Below are positions 38,432 to 48,517 of a DNA stretch of 64,000 nucleotides, one piece after another; position 1 is the first letter of the stretch; each line of letters begins with the position of its first letter. Position numbers and translations under genes: made by a program. Origin of the DNA: Microbacterium sp. (GTDB taxonomy: Bacteria > Actinomycetota > Actinomycetes > Actinomycetales > Microbacteriaceae); contig NZ_JBKEAY010000072.1 in NCBI RefSeq assembly GCF_047972865.1, forward strand, positions 959-64,958, given 5' to 3'. Under the pieces are notes generated by a model. It saw nothing but the letters and a program-made list of their open reading frames with translations. It did not search any database and had not been told where the DNA came from.

Positions 38432-38812
38432 ATGGACAGGTCGATGGCCCGCCGTGTGCGATGGTCACGGGTGCTCGCGTGGGTTGCGTTCGCGGTGGCG
38501 TGTGCCGTGAACCTATACGCGCTGTATATGCCGTCGTTGCCGGGTGGCGCGACGGCACTCCCGGGGGCGGACAAGGTCGTTCACCTCGTCAGTTTTGCCG
38601 CGGTCATGGCGACCGGCGTGCTCGCGGGGCTGCGCCCGGTTGTGCTCGGTGCTGCGCTTGCCGTGCATGCTGTCGGCTCGGAACTGCTGCAGGGGATGCT
38701 CGTCGCTCAGCGCACCGCCGACCCGTGGGATGCGACCGCCGACATGCTGGGCATTGCGCTGGGGTGGCTGAGCGTGCGGGCGACGCGACGCGTCGTGCGG
38801 CGGGGCCGGTGA
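38432..38812 (+). CDS. VanZ-like small membrane protein
   Basis: DKVVHL, SELLQ, RTADPWDATADMLG motifs. Confidence 0.7.
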   Translation: MDRSMARRVRWSRVLAWVAFAVACAVNLYALYMPSLPGGATALPGADKVVHLVSFAAVMATGVLAGLRPVVLGAALAVHAVGSELLQGMLVAQRTADPWDATADMLGIALGWLSVRATRRVVRRGR

Positions 38813-38989
38813 TCCCGCGGCGTGATGCGGGGGCGATGGCCGACGTGGTGCTGCGGGCCGGGCGCTGGCCTATGCGGCGGGGCGCTGGCCGGGTGCGGCG
38901 GGGAGGCGTGAGCGAGCCTTGCCGTTGCCGGCGTCGCCCGGGTGAACGGTCCGGATGCGCACCGGCGCCACGGATGACGGCTTGCGCTG

Positions 38990-39373
38990 TCACACCGGCA
39001 GGTCGCGGAATTCGGCGATGCGGGTCGCTACGTTGGCCGGCGTGATCGCCCAGCGATCGTCGTCGTCGTACTCGAAGTCGGCACCGACCTGCCCGTCGCT
39101 GCCCAGGCGCAGCAGACACGCCTTCCAGGCGCGCCCGGTCGGGCTGGCGGTGGCCATGTCGTCGCGCAGCTGCTCCATCAGGTCGACCACCGGTGCGGTC
39201 GCTGCAACCGGCTGCGCGCGTCCGTCGACATCGTACGAGTACCCGCCCACTCCCGCTGATTGGGCGTCGACTTCTCCGACGAGCACGATCTTCTGCCACC
39301 CCGGCTGGGAGGTTGCTTTCGGGTCGCGCGCCACGGCTGACATCAGCGCGAGCAAGCTCTCGTTCTGGTCCAT
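38990..39373 (-). CDS. Hypothetical protein, possibly an immunity-type protein
   Basis: 127-aa acidic ORF with GC-type codon usage; W..C.L.L...G....DFEYDD pattern. Confidence 0.6.
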   Translation of the reverse strand: MDQNESLLALMSAVARDPKATSQPGWQKIVLVGEVDAQSAGVGGYSYDVDGRAQPVAATAPVVDLMEQLRDDMATASPTGRAWKACLLRLGSDGQVGADFEYDDDDRWAITPANVATRIAEFRDLPV

Positions 39374-39457
39374 GCTGACGATTCTCGCGCACGTCGCTCA
39401 CCCGTTGCTACTGCCATGGGGCAGTCCGCCGGCACCGTGGGGACAGGGCGCCGGGCT

Positions 39458-41215
39458 TCAGCCGTTCAGGCTCAGTCCGTGCCCGAAGCGGAAGAGCGGA
39501 TCGGCCGTATCGAAGGCGACGTCGGGGCGGGAGGCGATGACGGCATCCATCGACCGCGGCACATCGAACGGGAGCTTGCCGGTCGCGGGTACTGTTCCGG
39601 TGAGCACGTCCAGGAGGGCGGATGCCGATGCCCCCCAGTTCGCGGTCACCGCCGCCGCGACGGCGACGATCGGTTCGAGGATTGCGGGCCGGTCCAGGAA
39701 CACGTCCACGACAGTCGGGACCGCCGCCGCCACCTCGCGCACGTGCGCCAGGGTGTCCTCGGTGAAGTCCAGAGGGCCAGCGTGGAAGAAGTTCTCGAAC
39801 ACCGTGCTGCGCTGTTCGAACGGTGCCTGCAGGCGCACGATGGCGATGTCGGCGTCGGCGGGGGAGTCGACCACGGTGCCGTACCGCGCGGCGATCTCGG
39901 CGGGGATTCCTTCGACGTACAGCCGCGAACCAGCGGCGACGGGCAGTGCAGGACCCGCCGACAGCACGGTGATCGAGGCACGCTGGGCGGCGTCGCCGGC
40001 GGCTCGGAACGCGGCGGAGCCGACGATGTCGTCGGCGGCGTCGGCATCCACGAACGGCTGGTCGAACAGACCGAGCACGAACTTCTCGCGCAGCAACCGT
40101 CGCGCCGAGACGTCCAGGCGCTCCTCGGTCACGGCGCCCGCGCGCACCAGGTCCAGCAGCACGTCGGTGCAGTGCTCCCCGCCGAACTGGTCCACCCCGG
40201 CGTCCAGCACCTTCTGCACACGTTCGTGGCGGCTCAGGTGCTCGGCGCCCCAGGCGCGCGCCGGGTGATGGTCTCCGAGGATGTTGGAATCGGAGATCAG
40301 GCCCCAGTCGGTGCAGACGACACCGTCGAACCCGAAGCGTTCGCGCAGCAGACCCGTGATGACGGATCTGTTGAAACCGAACCCCACCTCTTCATACTCG
40401 GTACCGATCGGCATGCCGTAGTACGGCATGATCTGGCTGGTCCCCGCTGCGAACGCGGCGATGAACGGGCGCAGGTGTTCCTCGAACGCGCCGCCGGGGT
40501 AGACCTGCTCGCGGCCGTACGCGAAGTGCGGGTCCTCACCGTCTTGCTGCGGGCCGCCGCCGGGGAAGTGCTTGGTCATCGTCGCCACCGAGGCCGCGCC
40601 GAGCGCGTCGCCCTGGAACCCACGGATGTATGCGGCGCCGAGTCGACCGGTCAGGTCCGCATCCTCCCCGAACGTCTGCAGCGCCCGCGCCCATCGCGGT
40701 TCCGTCGCGAGGTCGATCTGCGGGTGCAGGGCGACCCGTAGCCCGACCGCCAGGTATTCCTGCCGGGCGATGTCACCGAAGCGCTGCACCAGGTCGGCGT
40801 CGCGCGTCGCGGCCATACCCAGCGGTTCGGGCCACTGCGAGAACGGGCCGGCCGCGAACGCCGCACCCGGGTTCTCTTTGAACGAGTGCCGCGGGTCGGT
40901 GGAGACCGTCACGGGAATGCCCAGCCGAGTGGATGCCGCCAATTCCTGCAGCCGGTTGTGCCAGCGTGCAATCTCGCCGGCTGAGTTGACGCGGCCCAGC
41001 AGGTTGAAGTGAGTGAGGTGCTTGGCTTCGACGTACTCGGCTGTCGACGGTAGACCGAACTCTGCATTGCCCGCTGACAGCTGACCGTTCTCGCCCGTCG
41101 AGATCATCGAATGGAAGAACAGCCCGACCTTCTCTTCGAGGGTCATCTCGGCCAGCAACAGCTCGACGCGCTCGGCGACGGGCAACTCGGCGTTCATCCA
41201 GGGGCGGCCGGACAT
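39458..41215 (-). CDS. Glycoside hydrolase family 3 protein
   Basis: TRLGIP, STDPRH, KHFPGGG, MPYY and VCTDW (nucleophile Asp). Confidence 0.92.
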   Translation of the reverse strand: MSGRPWMNAELPVAERVELLLAEMTLEEKVGLFFHSMISTGENGQLSAGNAEFGLPSTAEYVEAKHLTHFNLLGRVNSAGEIARWHNRLQELAASTRLGIPVTVSTDPRHSFKENPGAAFAAGPFSQWPEPLGMAATRDADLVQRFGDIARQEYLAVGLRVALHPQIDLATEPRWARALQTFGEDADLTGRLGAAYIRGFQGDALGAASVATMTKHFPGGGPQQDGEDPHFAYGREQVYPGGAFEEHLRPFIAAFAAGTSQIMPYYGMPIGTEYEEVGFGFNRSVITGLLRERFGFDGVVCTDWGLISDSNILGDHHPARAWGAEHLSRHERVQKVLDAGVDQFGGEHCTDVLLDLVRAGAVTEERLDVSARRLLREKFVLGLFDQPFVDADAADDIVGSAAFRAAGDAAQRASITVLSAGPALPVAAGSRLYVEGIPAEIAARYGTVVDSPADADIAIVRLQAPFEQRSTVFENFFHAGPLDFTEDTLAHVREVAAAVPTVVDVFLDRPAILEPIVAVAAAVTANWGASASALLDVLTGTVPATGKLPFDVPRSMDAVIASRPDVAFDTADPLFRFGHGLSLNG

Positions 41216-41341
41216 GGGGGTTCCTCTCCAGAGGTGGGATATGCGGGGGTTCCCGGGTGCGCTGTGTTACGACGAGAACCGGGTACCGGCGACGCTAGCA
41301 GGAAATTCCGACGTCGACGCGGTCGTGCGCGATTGCGGCCG

Positions 41342-42727
41342 TCACCGCGCCGGACGGGCGGGTGCCGTCGGGTCGTCGGACACCCGGATCGGAGTGGTCT
41401 GGGCGATCTGATCGCTGAACTCCTCGGGCGCGACGACCGGGATGGGCCGGGTCTCGTCGAGCGCGAGCCGGAACCGGTACTCCCGGTCGCGGTGCAGGCG
41501 ACCGGACGCCAGCAGCCAGACCATGCCGATACCGCACGCCAGCAATGCGGCGCCGGCCCCGAGCAGGATCGCGGTGCGCGGACCGAACTCCGCCGCCACC
41601 CAGCCGACGATGGGAGCGCCCACGGGGGTGCCGCCCATCAGGATCGCCATATACAGCGCGAGTACCCGCCCCCGCAGCGCGGCGTCGGTCGTGGTCTGCA
41701 CGTACCCGTTCGCCGTGGTCAGAGTCGTCACGACCGCGAATCCGGTGACCATGAGCGTGGCGGCATAGAACCAGTACGTGGGCATGGCGGCCGACACGAG
41801 GGCGGTCACGCCGAACAGCCCCGACCCCATGATCACCATGCGGATGCGCGCCCGGTCTCGCCGCGCCGCCAGCAGGGCACCCGCCAGTGACCCGATCGCG
41901 AGGATCGAGCTCAGCAGACCGTAGCCGTCGGCATCCTGCCCGAACTCGAGCGCCATTGTCGAGGCGAAGATCGGGAAGTTCATTGCGAACGCACCCAGGA
42001 GGAAGACCATCACGAACGTCACTGCCAAGTCGGGGCGGCTCGCGACGTAGCGGAACCCGTCGGCCAGGCGCGCGGCACCGGGCGCTTTGACGCGCGGAAT
42101 GAGCTCATCGGTGTGGATCAGGATCAGCGCGACGATCATCACGACGAAGGTGAGTGCGTTGATCAGGAACACCCATCCGGTGCCGAACGCGACGATCACC
42201 AGGCCCGCGACTGCCGGTCCGATCAACCGCGCCGCGTTGAAGGATGCCGAGTTCAGCGCAACGGCGTTGGAGGCGTATTCGCGGGTCACGAGGTCGGAGA
42301 CGAACGCCTGCCGGGCGGGCGCGTCGAACGCGGTGGCCACCCCCAGAGCGAGTGCAAAGGCATAGATCATCGGCAGCGTCATGACCCCCCACAGCAGGAG
42401 GAGGCCGATCACCACCCCCAGGAGCAGCTGCGTGGTCTGCGTCGCGATGAGGAGCAGGCGCCGGTCGAACCGGTCGGCGACCCACCCGGTGATGCTCACG
42501 AGTACGAGCGGCGGGCCGAACTGCAGACCCATCGTGATGCCCATCGCGGCCGCGTCGTTGTTGGTCAATTCGGTGAGGACGACCCAGCTGAGTGCGGTCG
42601 CCTGCATCCAGGTGCCGGTATTGGACACGAGCGCGCCGATGAACCACACCCGGTAGTTGAACATCGAGAACGAGCGGAACATCGCCGGCGTCCTGCCGGC
42701 CGAGCCCGGGCGTGCGGTGCCGCTCAC
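41342..42727 (-). CDS. MFS transporter
   Basis: GTWMQ, ADRFDRR, DAPARQAFV and FNAARLIGPA; GTGA overlap with the MarR stop. Confidence 0.9.
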   Translation of the reverse strand: MSGTARPGSAGRTPAMFRSFSMFNYRVWFIGALVSNTGTWMQATALSWVVLTELTNNDAAAMGITMGLQFGPPLVLVSITGWVADRFDRRLLLIATQTTQLLLGVVIGLLLLWGVMTLPMIYAFALALGVATAFDAPARQAFVSDLVTREYASNAVALNSASFNAARLIGPAVAGLVIVAFGTGWVFLINALTFVVMIVALILIHTDELIPRVKAPGAARLADGFRYVASRPDLAVTFVMVFLLGAFAMNFPIFASTMALEFGQDADGYGLLSSILAIGSLAGALLAARRDRARIRMVIMGSGLFGVTALVSAAMPTYWFYAATLMVTGFAVVTTLTTANGYVQTTTDAALRGRVLALYMAILMGGTPVGAPIVGWVAAEFGPRTAILLGAGAALLACGIGMVWLLASGRLHRDREYRFRLALDETRPIPVVAPEEFSDQIAQTTPIRVSDDPTAPARPAR

Positions 42728-43161
42728 CGGGCGGCCATCGCGGTCATCATCGCGGCGGCCGCCGAGAGCGTCGTCCGCTGCGCTTCGGTCAGCTCGTCGA
42801 GCGCCGACTCCAGCCAGGAGTCGCGGCGGCGCACCGTCTCGTCGACGACGTCGCGCCCGCCCGGCGTCAGCGCGATGATCACCTTGCGGCGGTCCGCGTG
42901 ATCGGGCGTGCGGGTCAGATATCCGGACTCTTCGAGACAGTTCACGGTGCGGTTCATCGACGGCGCCGAGACGCGTTCGCGGTCGGCCAGCTCACCCAGG
43001 GTGTGCGGACCGTGCACGGTGAGCGCGGCGAGGACGGCGAACTGGCCGTCGCTCATGGAGTCGACGGCCCGTTCGGAGCGGAGCCGGCGGGCGAGCCGGA
43101 ACGTCGCCATCCGAAGATCAGCGGCGGCGTGGGTTTCGAGAGCGGATGGTGCGGTGTTCAT
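42724..43161 (-). CDS. MarR family transcriptional regulator
   Basis: LADRERVSAPSMNRTV and DRRKV. Confidence 0.92.
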   Translation of the reverse strand: MNTAPSALETHAAADLRMATFRLARRLRSERAVDSMSDGQFAVLAALTVHGPHTLGELADRERVSAPSMNRTVNCLEESGYLTRTPDHADRRKVIIALTPGGRDVVDETVRRRDSWLESALDELTEAQRTTLSAAAAMMTAMAAR

Positions 43162-43169
43162 GCGATTGC

Positions 43170-43195
43170 TTAGCCTAGCTCATTAGTCTGGCTAA
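43170..43195. promoter_or_regulatory. Tandem MarR operator-like palindromes TTAGCCTAGCTCA / TTAGTCTGGCTAA
   Basis: Two abutting 13-nt near-palindromes covering the minus-strand TAGGCT -10 of marR. Confidence 0.65.
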
Positions 43196-43228
43196 AGAGA
43201 CGTCATGCCGACGCCGTAGACTCGGCCC

Positions 43229-44104
43229 ATGGCTTCGTCCCCCCACGGCCCCACGGCGCACTCCTACCTCGACACGCGTGGCATCGAGATCTTCTACGAC
43301 GTGTACCCCGCCGCCGGACCCGCCCGCGGGGTCGTCCAGATCCTCCACGGCGTCGGGGAGCACGCCGGTCGCTACGGGGTCGTGGCGGCGGCGCTGACAG
43401 CGGCCGGCTTTCACGTCTACGCCGACGACCACCGGGGCCACGGTCGCACAGGCATGGGGCAGCACGGCGACGCCGCACGCCTCGGGCGGCTCGGTCCCGG
43501 CGGGATGCCGGCGACGCTCGCGGCCTGCTGGCAGTTCACACGCCTGATCCGTGACGAGCATCCCGACCTCCCGCTGGTGCTGCTGGGGCACTCGTGGGGG
43601 TCGTTCCTGGCGCAGATGCTCCTCAATGACCACGCCGACGCGTACGACGCGGTCATCCTCTCGGGGTCGGCGCTGCGCTGGCCCGGCGCGCTCAACGCCG
43701 GCGACCTCAACGCGCCCTGGGCGGGCGCCGATGCCATGGGTACGGAGTGGTTGTCGAGCGATCTGTCGGTGGGGCGTGCGTTCCTCGACGACCCGCTGGC
43801 GACGACGACCCCCATCCTGAGACTGTTCGGCGTGGTCGACACGCTGCGACTGCTGGGCAAGCCCCGCCGCGCCCTCGGGCGCGACGTTCCGGTGCTGCTG
43901 ATGGTGGGCGGCGACGACACCGTCGGCGGCCCCCGCAGCGTGCACCGTCTCGCCGCGGCGTACCGGTCCCGCTCGGCCCTGTCCGACGTCACGACGCTCG
44001 TCTACCCGGGGGCCCGTCACGAAATCTTCCAGGAGACGGTCCAGGCCGAGGTCCGCGCCGACCTGCTCGCCTGGCTCGAAACCCGCGTGCCCGCTCGCGG
44101 CTGA
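43229..44104 (+). CDS. Alpha/beta hydrolase (lysophospholipase-like)
   Basis: HGVGEH, DHRGHG, GHSWG nucleophile, GGDD and RHEIF. Confidence 0.9.
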   Translation: MASSPHGPTAHSYLDTRGIEIFYDVYPAAGPARGVVQILHGVGEHAGRYGVVAAALTAAGFHVYADDHRGHGRTGMGQHGDAARLGRLGPGGMPATLAACWQFTRLIRDEHPDLPLVLLGHSWGSFLAQMLLNDHADAYDAVILSGSALRWPGALNAGDLNAPWAGADAMGTEWLSSDLSVGRAFLDDPLATTTPILRLFGVVDTLRLLGKPRRALGRDVPVLLMVGGDDTVGGPRSVHRLAAAYRSRSALSDVTTLVYPGARHEIFQETVQAEVRADLLAWLETRVPARG

Positions 44105-44167
44105 CGGCGGGTCGGCGGACGGCACGCGCCCGGTGCGGGGCCGCGGCGTCGGCCGTAGGGTGGAAGG

Positions 44168-45217
44168 ATGCACGGCGAGTACAAGGTTCCGGGCGGCAAG
44201 CTCGTGGTCGTCGACCTGGAGGTCCGCGGCGGCGTCATCGCGAACGCCCGACTGTCGGGCGACTTCTTCCTCGAACCCGACGATGCGCTGGATGCCATCG
44301 ACGCCGCCGTGTCGGGGATGCCGGTGACCGCCGACGTGGCGACGATCGCCGACGCGGTCAGGGCGGCGCTTCCCGCACACGCGCAATTGCTCGGCTTCTC
44401 GCCGGAAGCGGTGGGGACGGCCGTGCGGCGGGCGCTGGTGACCGCCCCCGACTGGCGGGACTTCTCGTGGCAGATCGTCCATGAGAAGGCCGTGTCGCCG
44501 CACCTGAACCTGGCCCTGGATGAAGTGCTCACCACCCGGGTCGGCGGTGGCGTGCGCGAGCCGACGCTGCGGATCTGGGAGTGGGACACCTCGGCGGTCG
44601 TCATCGGATCGTTCCAGTCGTACCGCAACGAGGTCGACCCCGACGGTGCGACCCGGCACGGCTTCGACGTCGTGCGGCGGATCTCCGGCGGCGGTGCGAT
44701 GCTCATGGCCGCCGACGCGATCATCACCTATTCGCTGTACGTGCCGGCATCCCTCGTGGCCGGGATGAGCTTCGCCGACTCGTATGCCTTTCTGGACGAC
44801 TGGGTGCTGCAGGCCCTGCGTTCCCTGGGCATCGAGGCCGTATACCAGCCGCTCAACGACATCGCGTCGCCGCACGGCAAGATCGGCGGGGCAGCGCAGA
44901 AGCGACTCGCCAACGGAGGTGTGCTGCACCATGCCACCCTGGCGTACGACATGGACGGCCAGGTGATGACGGAGGTGCTGCGGATCGGGCGGGAGAAGCT
45001 CAGCGACAAGGGCACCGCCTCGGCGGCCAAGCGCGTCGACCCGCTGCGAAGCCAGACCGGTTTGCCGCGGGAGCAGATCATCGCGCGGTTCATCGAGACC
45101 TTCACGGCGCTCCACGGAGGGACGCCGGGGAATATCACCACGGAGGAATATAGCGAAGCCGAGCGTCTCGTTCAGTCGAAGTTCGCGACCGACGCGTGGC
45201 TGCACCGGGTTCCGTGA
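44168..45217 (+). CDS. Lipoate-protein ligase A family protein (accessory domain N-terminal)
   Basis: MHGEYKVPGGKLV, SGDFF, RRISGGGA, PLNDI and KIGGAAQ. Confidence 0.9.
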   Translation: MHGEYKVPGGKLVVVDLEVRGGVIANARLSGDFFLEPDDALDAIDAAVSGMPVTADVATIADAVRAALPAHAQLLGFSPEAVGTAVRRALVTAPDWRDFSWQIVHEKAVSPHLNLALDEVLTTRVGGGVREPTLRIWEWDTSAVVIGSFQSYRNEVDPDGATRHGFDVVRRISGGGAMLMAADAIITYSLYVPASLVAGMSFADSYAFLDDWVLQALRSLGIEAVYQPLNDIASPHGKIGGAAQKRLANGGVLHHATLAYDMDGQVMTEVLRIGREKLSDKGTASAAKRVDPLRSQTGLPREQIIARFIETFTALHGGTPGNITTEEYSEAERLVQSKFATDAWLHRVP

Positions 45218-46110
45218 CGGCACCGACGGCAGCTGATCACTCCGACGCAGCGGTGCCGGCAGCGGTGCAGATCCGGCACGGCGAGAACCTCGACGTCGCC
45301 CGCACGCTGCCGGACGGCTGCGCGACGCTCGTCTACCTCGACCCACCGTTCAACACGGGGCGCGCACGCGGACACGCGGTGGAAGCGGCGGTCAACGCCG
45401 AGATCACCGACCCGCACGTCGACCCGGGTGAGCGGACCGTCAAGAGCGGTTTCCGCGGGGTCGCCTATGCCCGCACGCGTGGGATGCTTCGCACGTACGA
45501 CGATCGTTTCGACGACTACTGGGCGTTCCTGGAGCCGCGGCTGCGGGAGGCGTGGCGCCTTTTGGCCGACGACGGCACGCTGTACCTGCACCTCGACTAC
45601 CGCGAGGCGCACTACGCCAAGGTCATGCTGGATGCTGTGTTCGGGCGTGACAGCTTCCTGAACGAACTCATCTGGGCGTACGACTACGGGGCGAAGTCGC
45701 GTCGGCGATGGCCGACCAAGCACGACACGATCCTGGTGTACGTCAAGGACCCGGCCCGGTACTGGTTCGACAGCGCGGCCGTCGACCGCGAGCCGTACAT
45801 GGCGCCGGGGTTGGTGACACCGGAGAAGGCGGCGCGCGGCAAACTGCCCACCGATGTGTGGTGGCACACGATCGTGCCGACCTCGGGGCGGGAGAAGACC
45901 GGGTACCCGACCCAGAAGCCCGAGGGGATCGTGCGCCGTATCGTGCAGGCATCGTCCCGCCCGGGGGATCTCGTGGTCGACCTGTTCGCCGGCAGCGGCA
46001 CCACGGGCGCGGTGGCCTCGGCGCTGGGCAGGCCCAGCATCCTGGTCGACCACAGCTCCGATGCCGTCGCGGTCATGCTCGCCCGCATCCCGCACGCGAC
46101 GCGGGCCTGA
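45214..46110 (+). CDS. Orphan site-specific DNA amino-methyltransferase (m6A/m4C, beta class)
   Basis: Motif IV DPPF precedes motif I DLFAGSGTT; YPTQKP; GTGA overlap with the lipoate ligase. Confidence 0.9.
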   Translation: MTAPTAADHSDAAVPAAVQIRHGENLDVARTLPDGCATLVYLDPPFNTGRARGHAVEAAVNAEITDPHVDPGERTVKSGFRGVAYARTRGMLRTYDDRFDDYWAFLEPRLREAWRLLADDGTLYLHLDYREAHYAKVMLDAVFGRDSFLNELIWAYDYGAKSRRRWPTKHDTILVYVKDPARYWFDSAAVDREPYMAPGLVTPEKAARGKLPTDVWWHTIVPTSGREKTGYPTQKPEGIVRRIVQASSRPGDLVVDLFAGSGTTGAVASALGRPSILVDHSSDAVAVMLARIPHATRA

Positions 46111-46121
46111 ACGCGAGCGCG

Positions 46122-47108
46122 TCAGCCGTGCGCGTCAGCAGCGCGGCGGGCCTCCCAGCCGGTACGGACCATCTCGTCCACGGTGTGGCGGTTGCGCCAT
46201 TCGAGGTCGCGGGCGGCGAGGTCCCCGGTGGCCACGATCCGGTCAGGATCGCCCGCGCGGCGGAGGCCGACTTCGGCCGTGAACGCGATGCCGGTCACAC
46301 GGGCGACGGTGTCCATGATCTCCCGCACCGACAAGCCGTTTTGCGACCCCAGATTGTAGGCGGGCGCGATCGGCCCACCGGCGGCGAGTCGGCGCGCGGC
46401 GACGACGTGCGCGGCGGCGATGTCGCGGACGTGGACGTAGTCGCGCACGTTGGTACCGTCGGCAGTGTCATAGTCATCGCCGTTGATGCGCGGGGTCTGT
46501 CCATTCAGCAACTGCTCGAACACAATCGGGAACAGGTTGTGCGGACTGGTGTCGTAGACGGTGGGGTCGGCTGAGCCCACCACGTTGAAGTAGCGCAGCG
46601 AAGTGTGCCGCAGCGGCGCCGCGGATGCCGCCGTCGCCACCGCCTGATCGCGGATCAGCCACTCGCCGATCAGCTTCGACTCGCCGTAAGGCGAGGTCGG
46701 CAGCGTCGGGGTCTCCTCGGTGACCGGTGCGGTCTCGGGGGTGCCGTACACGGCGGCGCTGGACGAGAACACCAGGTTGCTCACGTCCGAATCCGCCATC
46801 GCCTGCAGCACCGTGCGAGTGCCCTCGACGTTCTGGGCGTACGTGTGCAGGGGCCGGTGCACGGACACGCCGGCGTACTTGAAGCCCGCCACGTGAATGA
46901 CTCCGGCTGCCCGGTGGTCGCGCAGCGTCGCGCTGACCAGGTGCCGATCGAGGATGGACCCCCGCACGAATGCGACACCCGGGGGGACGAAGTCTGCGTG
47001 GCCGCTGGAGAGGTCGTCGAAGACCACAGGGGTGATGCCGTCGTCCCGGAGCGCCCGGACGATGTGCGCTCCGATGTAGCCGGCGCCGCCGGTGACCAGC
47101 CAGTTCAT
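46122..47108 (-). CDS. galE: UDP-glucose 4-epimerase
   Basis: TGGAGYIG, FSSSAAVYG, YGESK, LRYFN and RDYVHV. Confidence 0.92.
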   Translation of the reverse strand: MNWLVTGGAGYIGAHIVRALRDDGITPVVFDDLSSGHADFVPPGVAFVRGSILDRHLVSATLRDHRAAGVIHVAGFKYAGVSVHRPLHTYAQNVEGTRTVLQAMADSDVSNLVFSSSAAVYGTPETAPVTEETPTLPTSPYGESKLIGEWLIRDQAVATAASAAPLRHTSLRYFNVVGSADPTVYDTSPHNLFPIVFEQLLNGQTPRINGDDYDTADGTNVRDYVHVRDIAAAHVVAARRLAAGGPIAPAYNLGSQNGLSVREIMDTVARVTGIAFTAEVGLRRAGDPDRIVATGDLAARDLEWRNRHTVDEMVRTGWEARRAADAHG

Positions 47109-47329
47109 CGGTCTCCTCGTGTTGGTGGGTCGTGCACGTTCAACCTAGCGCCCGTCTGGTCGGGTGCACGGTTCGCCGGGAGGACGAACGAACAGTCGGA
47201 ATGAGCGAAAGTGTGCGAAAAGTGATCAAGTGACCGATCGGCCGATCCCCTCGGGGCTACCGTTAACTCATGTTCGGATGACTGCGCACCTCCCCCGGCT
47301 GCTGTCACTGAACGGGTCGAGGAGGAATC

Positions 47330-48424
47330 ATGCGTTCGCGGGAGCGGCGCGAAGTCATCATGCGACTTCTGCGCGAAGAGGGATCTGTCACGGTCGCCGA
47401 TCTGGCCGAACGCCTTGAGGCGTCACCGGTCAGCATCCGGCGCGATCTCGCCGACCTGGCCGACCAGGGCCACGCTCGGCGGGTGCACGGCGGGGCGGTG
47501 GCTGCGGAGGCGCCGCCGGTGGCGCCGCTCGGAGCCGAGCCACCGCACCCGCACTTGCCTCACCGCAACCAGCCGGTGATCGGCGTTGTCGTACCGACCC
47601 CGGGGTACTACTTCGCTCGCGTCCTCGACGGCGCCCGGCTCGCGGCGCGCGCCGCCGGCGTGAGGCTGGTCCTTGCGGTGTCGGACTACGACGGTGAGCG
47701 CGAACGCGCCCAGATTCGGAGTCTGGTCGAGGTGGGTGCCCGAGCTCTCATCGTCACCCCGGTGGCGACGCCGACCACCGACCCGACCACCTATGATCTG
47801 CTGGCGGGCCTGGATATTCCGGCGGTCGTGATGGAGCGTCCCGTCGATGACGCCCACCACATGCTCGACTGCGTCCGCTCCGACCACGGTCTCGGCGCCC
47901 GACTCGCGTTCCGGCACCTGCTCGCCGCCGGTCACGAGTCCGTCGCATTGATCACTCGGCCGGCAACGGCCACCTCGCGGTGGCTGGAGGCATCGTTCGA
48001 CGAGTTCGCGGACCAGTTCGACCAGACGCGATCGGGCATCATCTCGGTCGCGGTCAACGACGCAACCGCGCAATACGATCCCGTCGAGGAACGCGCCGAA
48101 GCGGCTTTGACGCAGTGCCTGGAGATGGGTGCGACCGCGGTGCTGATCCACCCCGACGTCGAGGCGATCTCCTTCGCGGAGCAGGCACGCGACCGTGGGG
48201 TGGACATCCCCGGCTCGCTGTCGATCGTCGCGTACGACGACGAGTTCGCGGGCATGGCGGATCCACCGCTGGATGCCATCTCGCCGCCGAAGGACTCGGT
48301 GGGCTCAGTCACCATGTCGATCTGCCTGGAGCGCATCCGCACCGGCGCGCGTGCGGCGCCGGCGCACGTGACGTTGCCGCCGCAGCTGCTCACGCGGGGT
48401 TCGGTCGGCCCGACGGTGCGCTGA
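47330..48424 (+). CDS. DeoR-HTH / LacI-type sugar-binding transcriptional regulator
   Basis: N-terminal SIRRDL...RVHGGA, followed by a periplasmic-binding-like domain (SIVAYDD). Confidence 0.87.
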   Translation: MRSRERREVIMRLLREEGSVTVADLAERLEASPVSIRRDLADLADQGHARRVHGGAVAAEAPPVAPLGAEPPHPHLPHRNQPVIGVVVPTPGYYFARVLDGARLAARAAGVRLVLAVSDYDGERERAQIRSLVEVGARALIVTPVATPTTDPTTYDLLAGLDIPAVVMERPVDDAHHMLDCVRSDHGLGARLAFRHLLAAGHESVALITRPATATSRWLEASFDEFADQFDQTRSGIISVAVNDATAQYDPVEERAEAALTQCLEMGATAVLIHPDVEAISFAEQARDRGVDIPGSLSIVAYDDEFAGMADPPLDAISPPKDSVGSVTMSICLERIRTGARAAPAHVTLPPQLLTRGSVGPTVR

Positions 48425-48517
48425 GGGTTCGCCCGGACTCATTGACTGTTCGATCATTTGGTCGTACCGTCGAAGTGTCTCCACCCCCCGGGAGGCGGTT
48501 CGACTCAAGGAGTTCGC

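Noticed and set aside
45214..46110. Complete restriction-modification or defence island
   Set aside because: No endonuclease or other defence gene is adjacent; kept only as an orphan methyltransferase.
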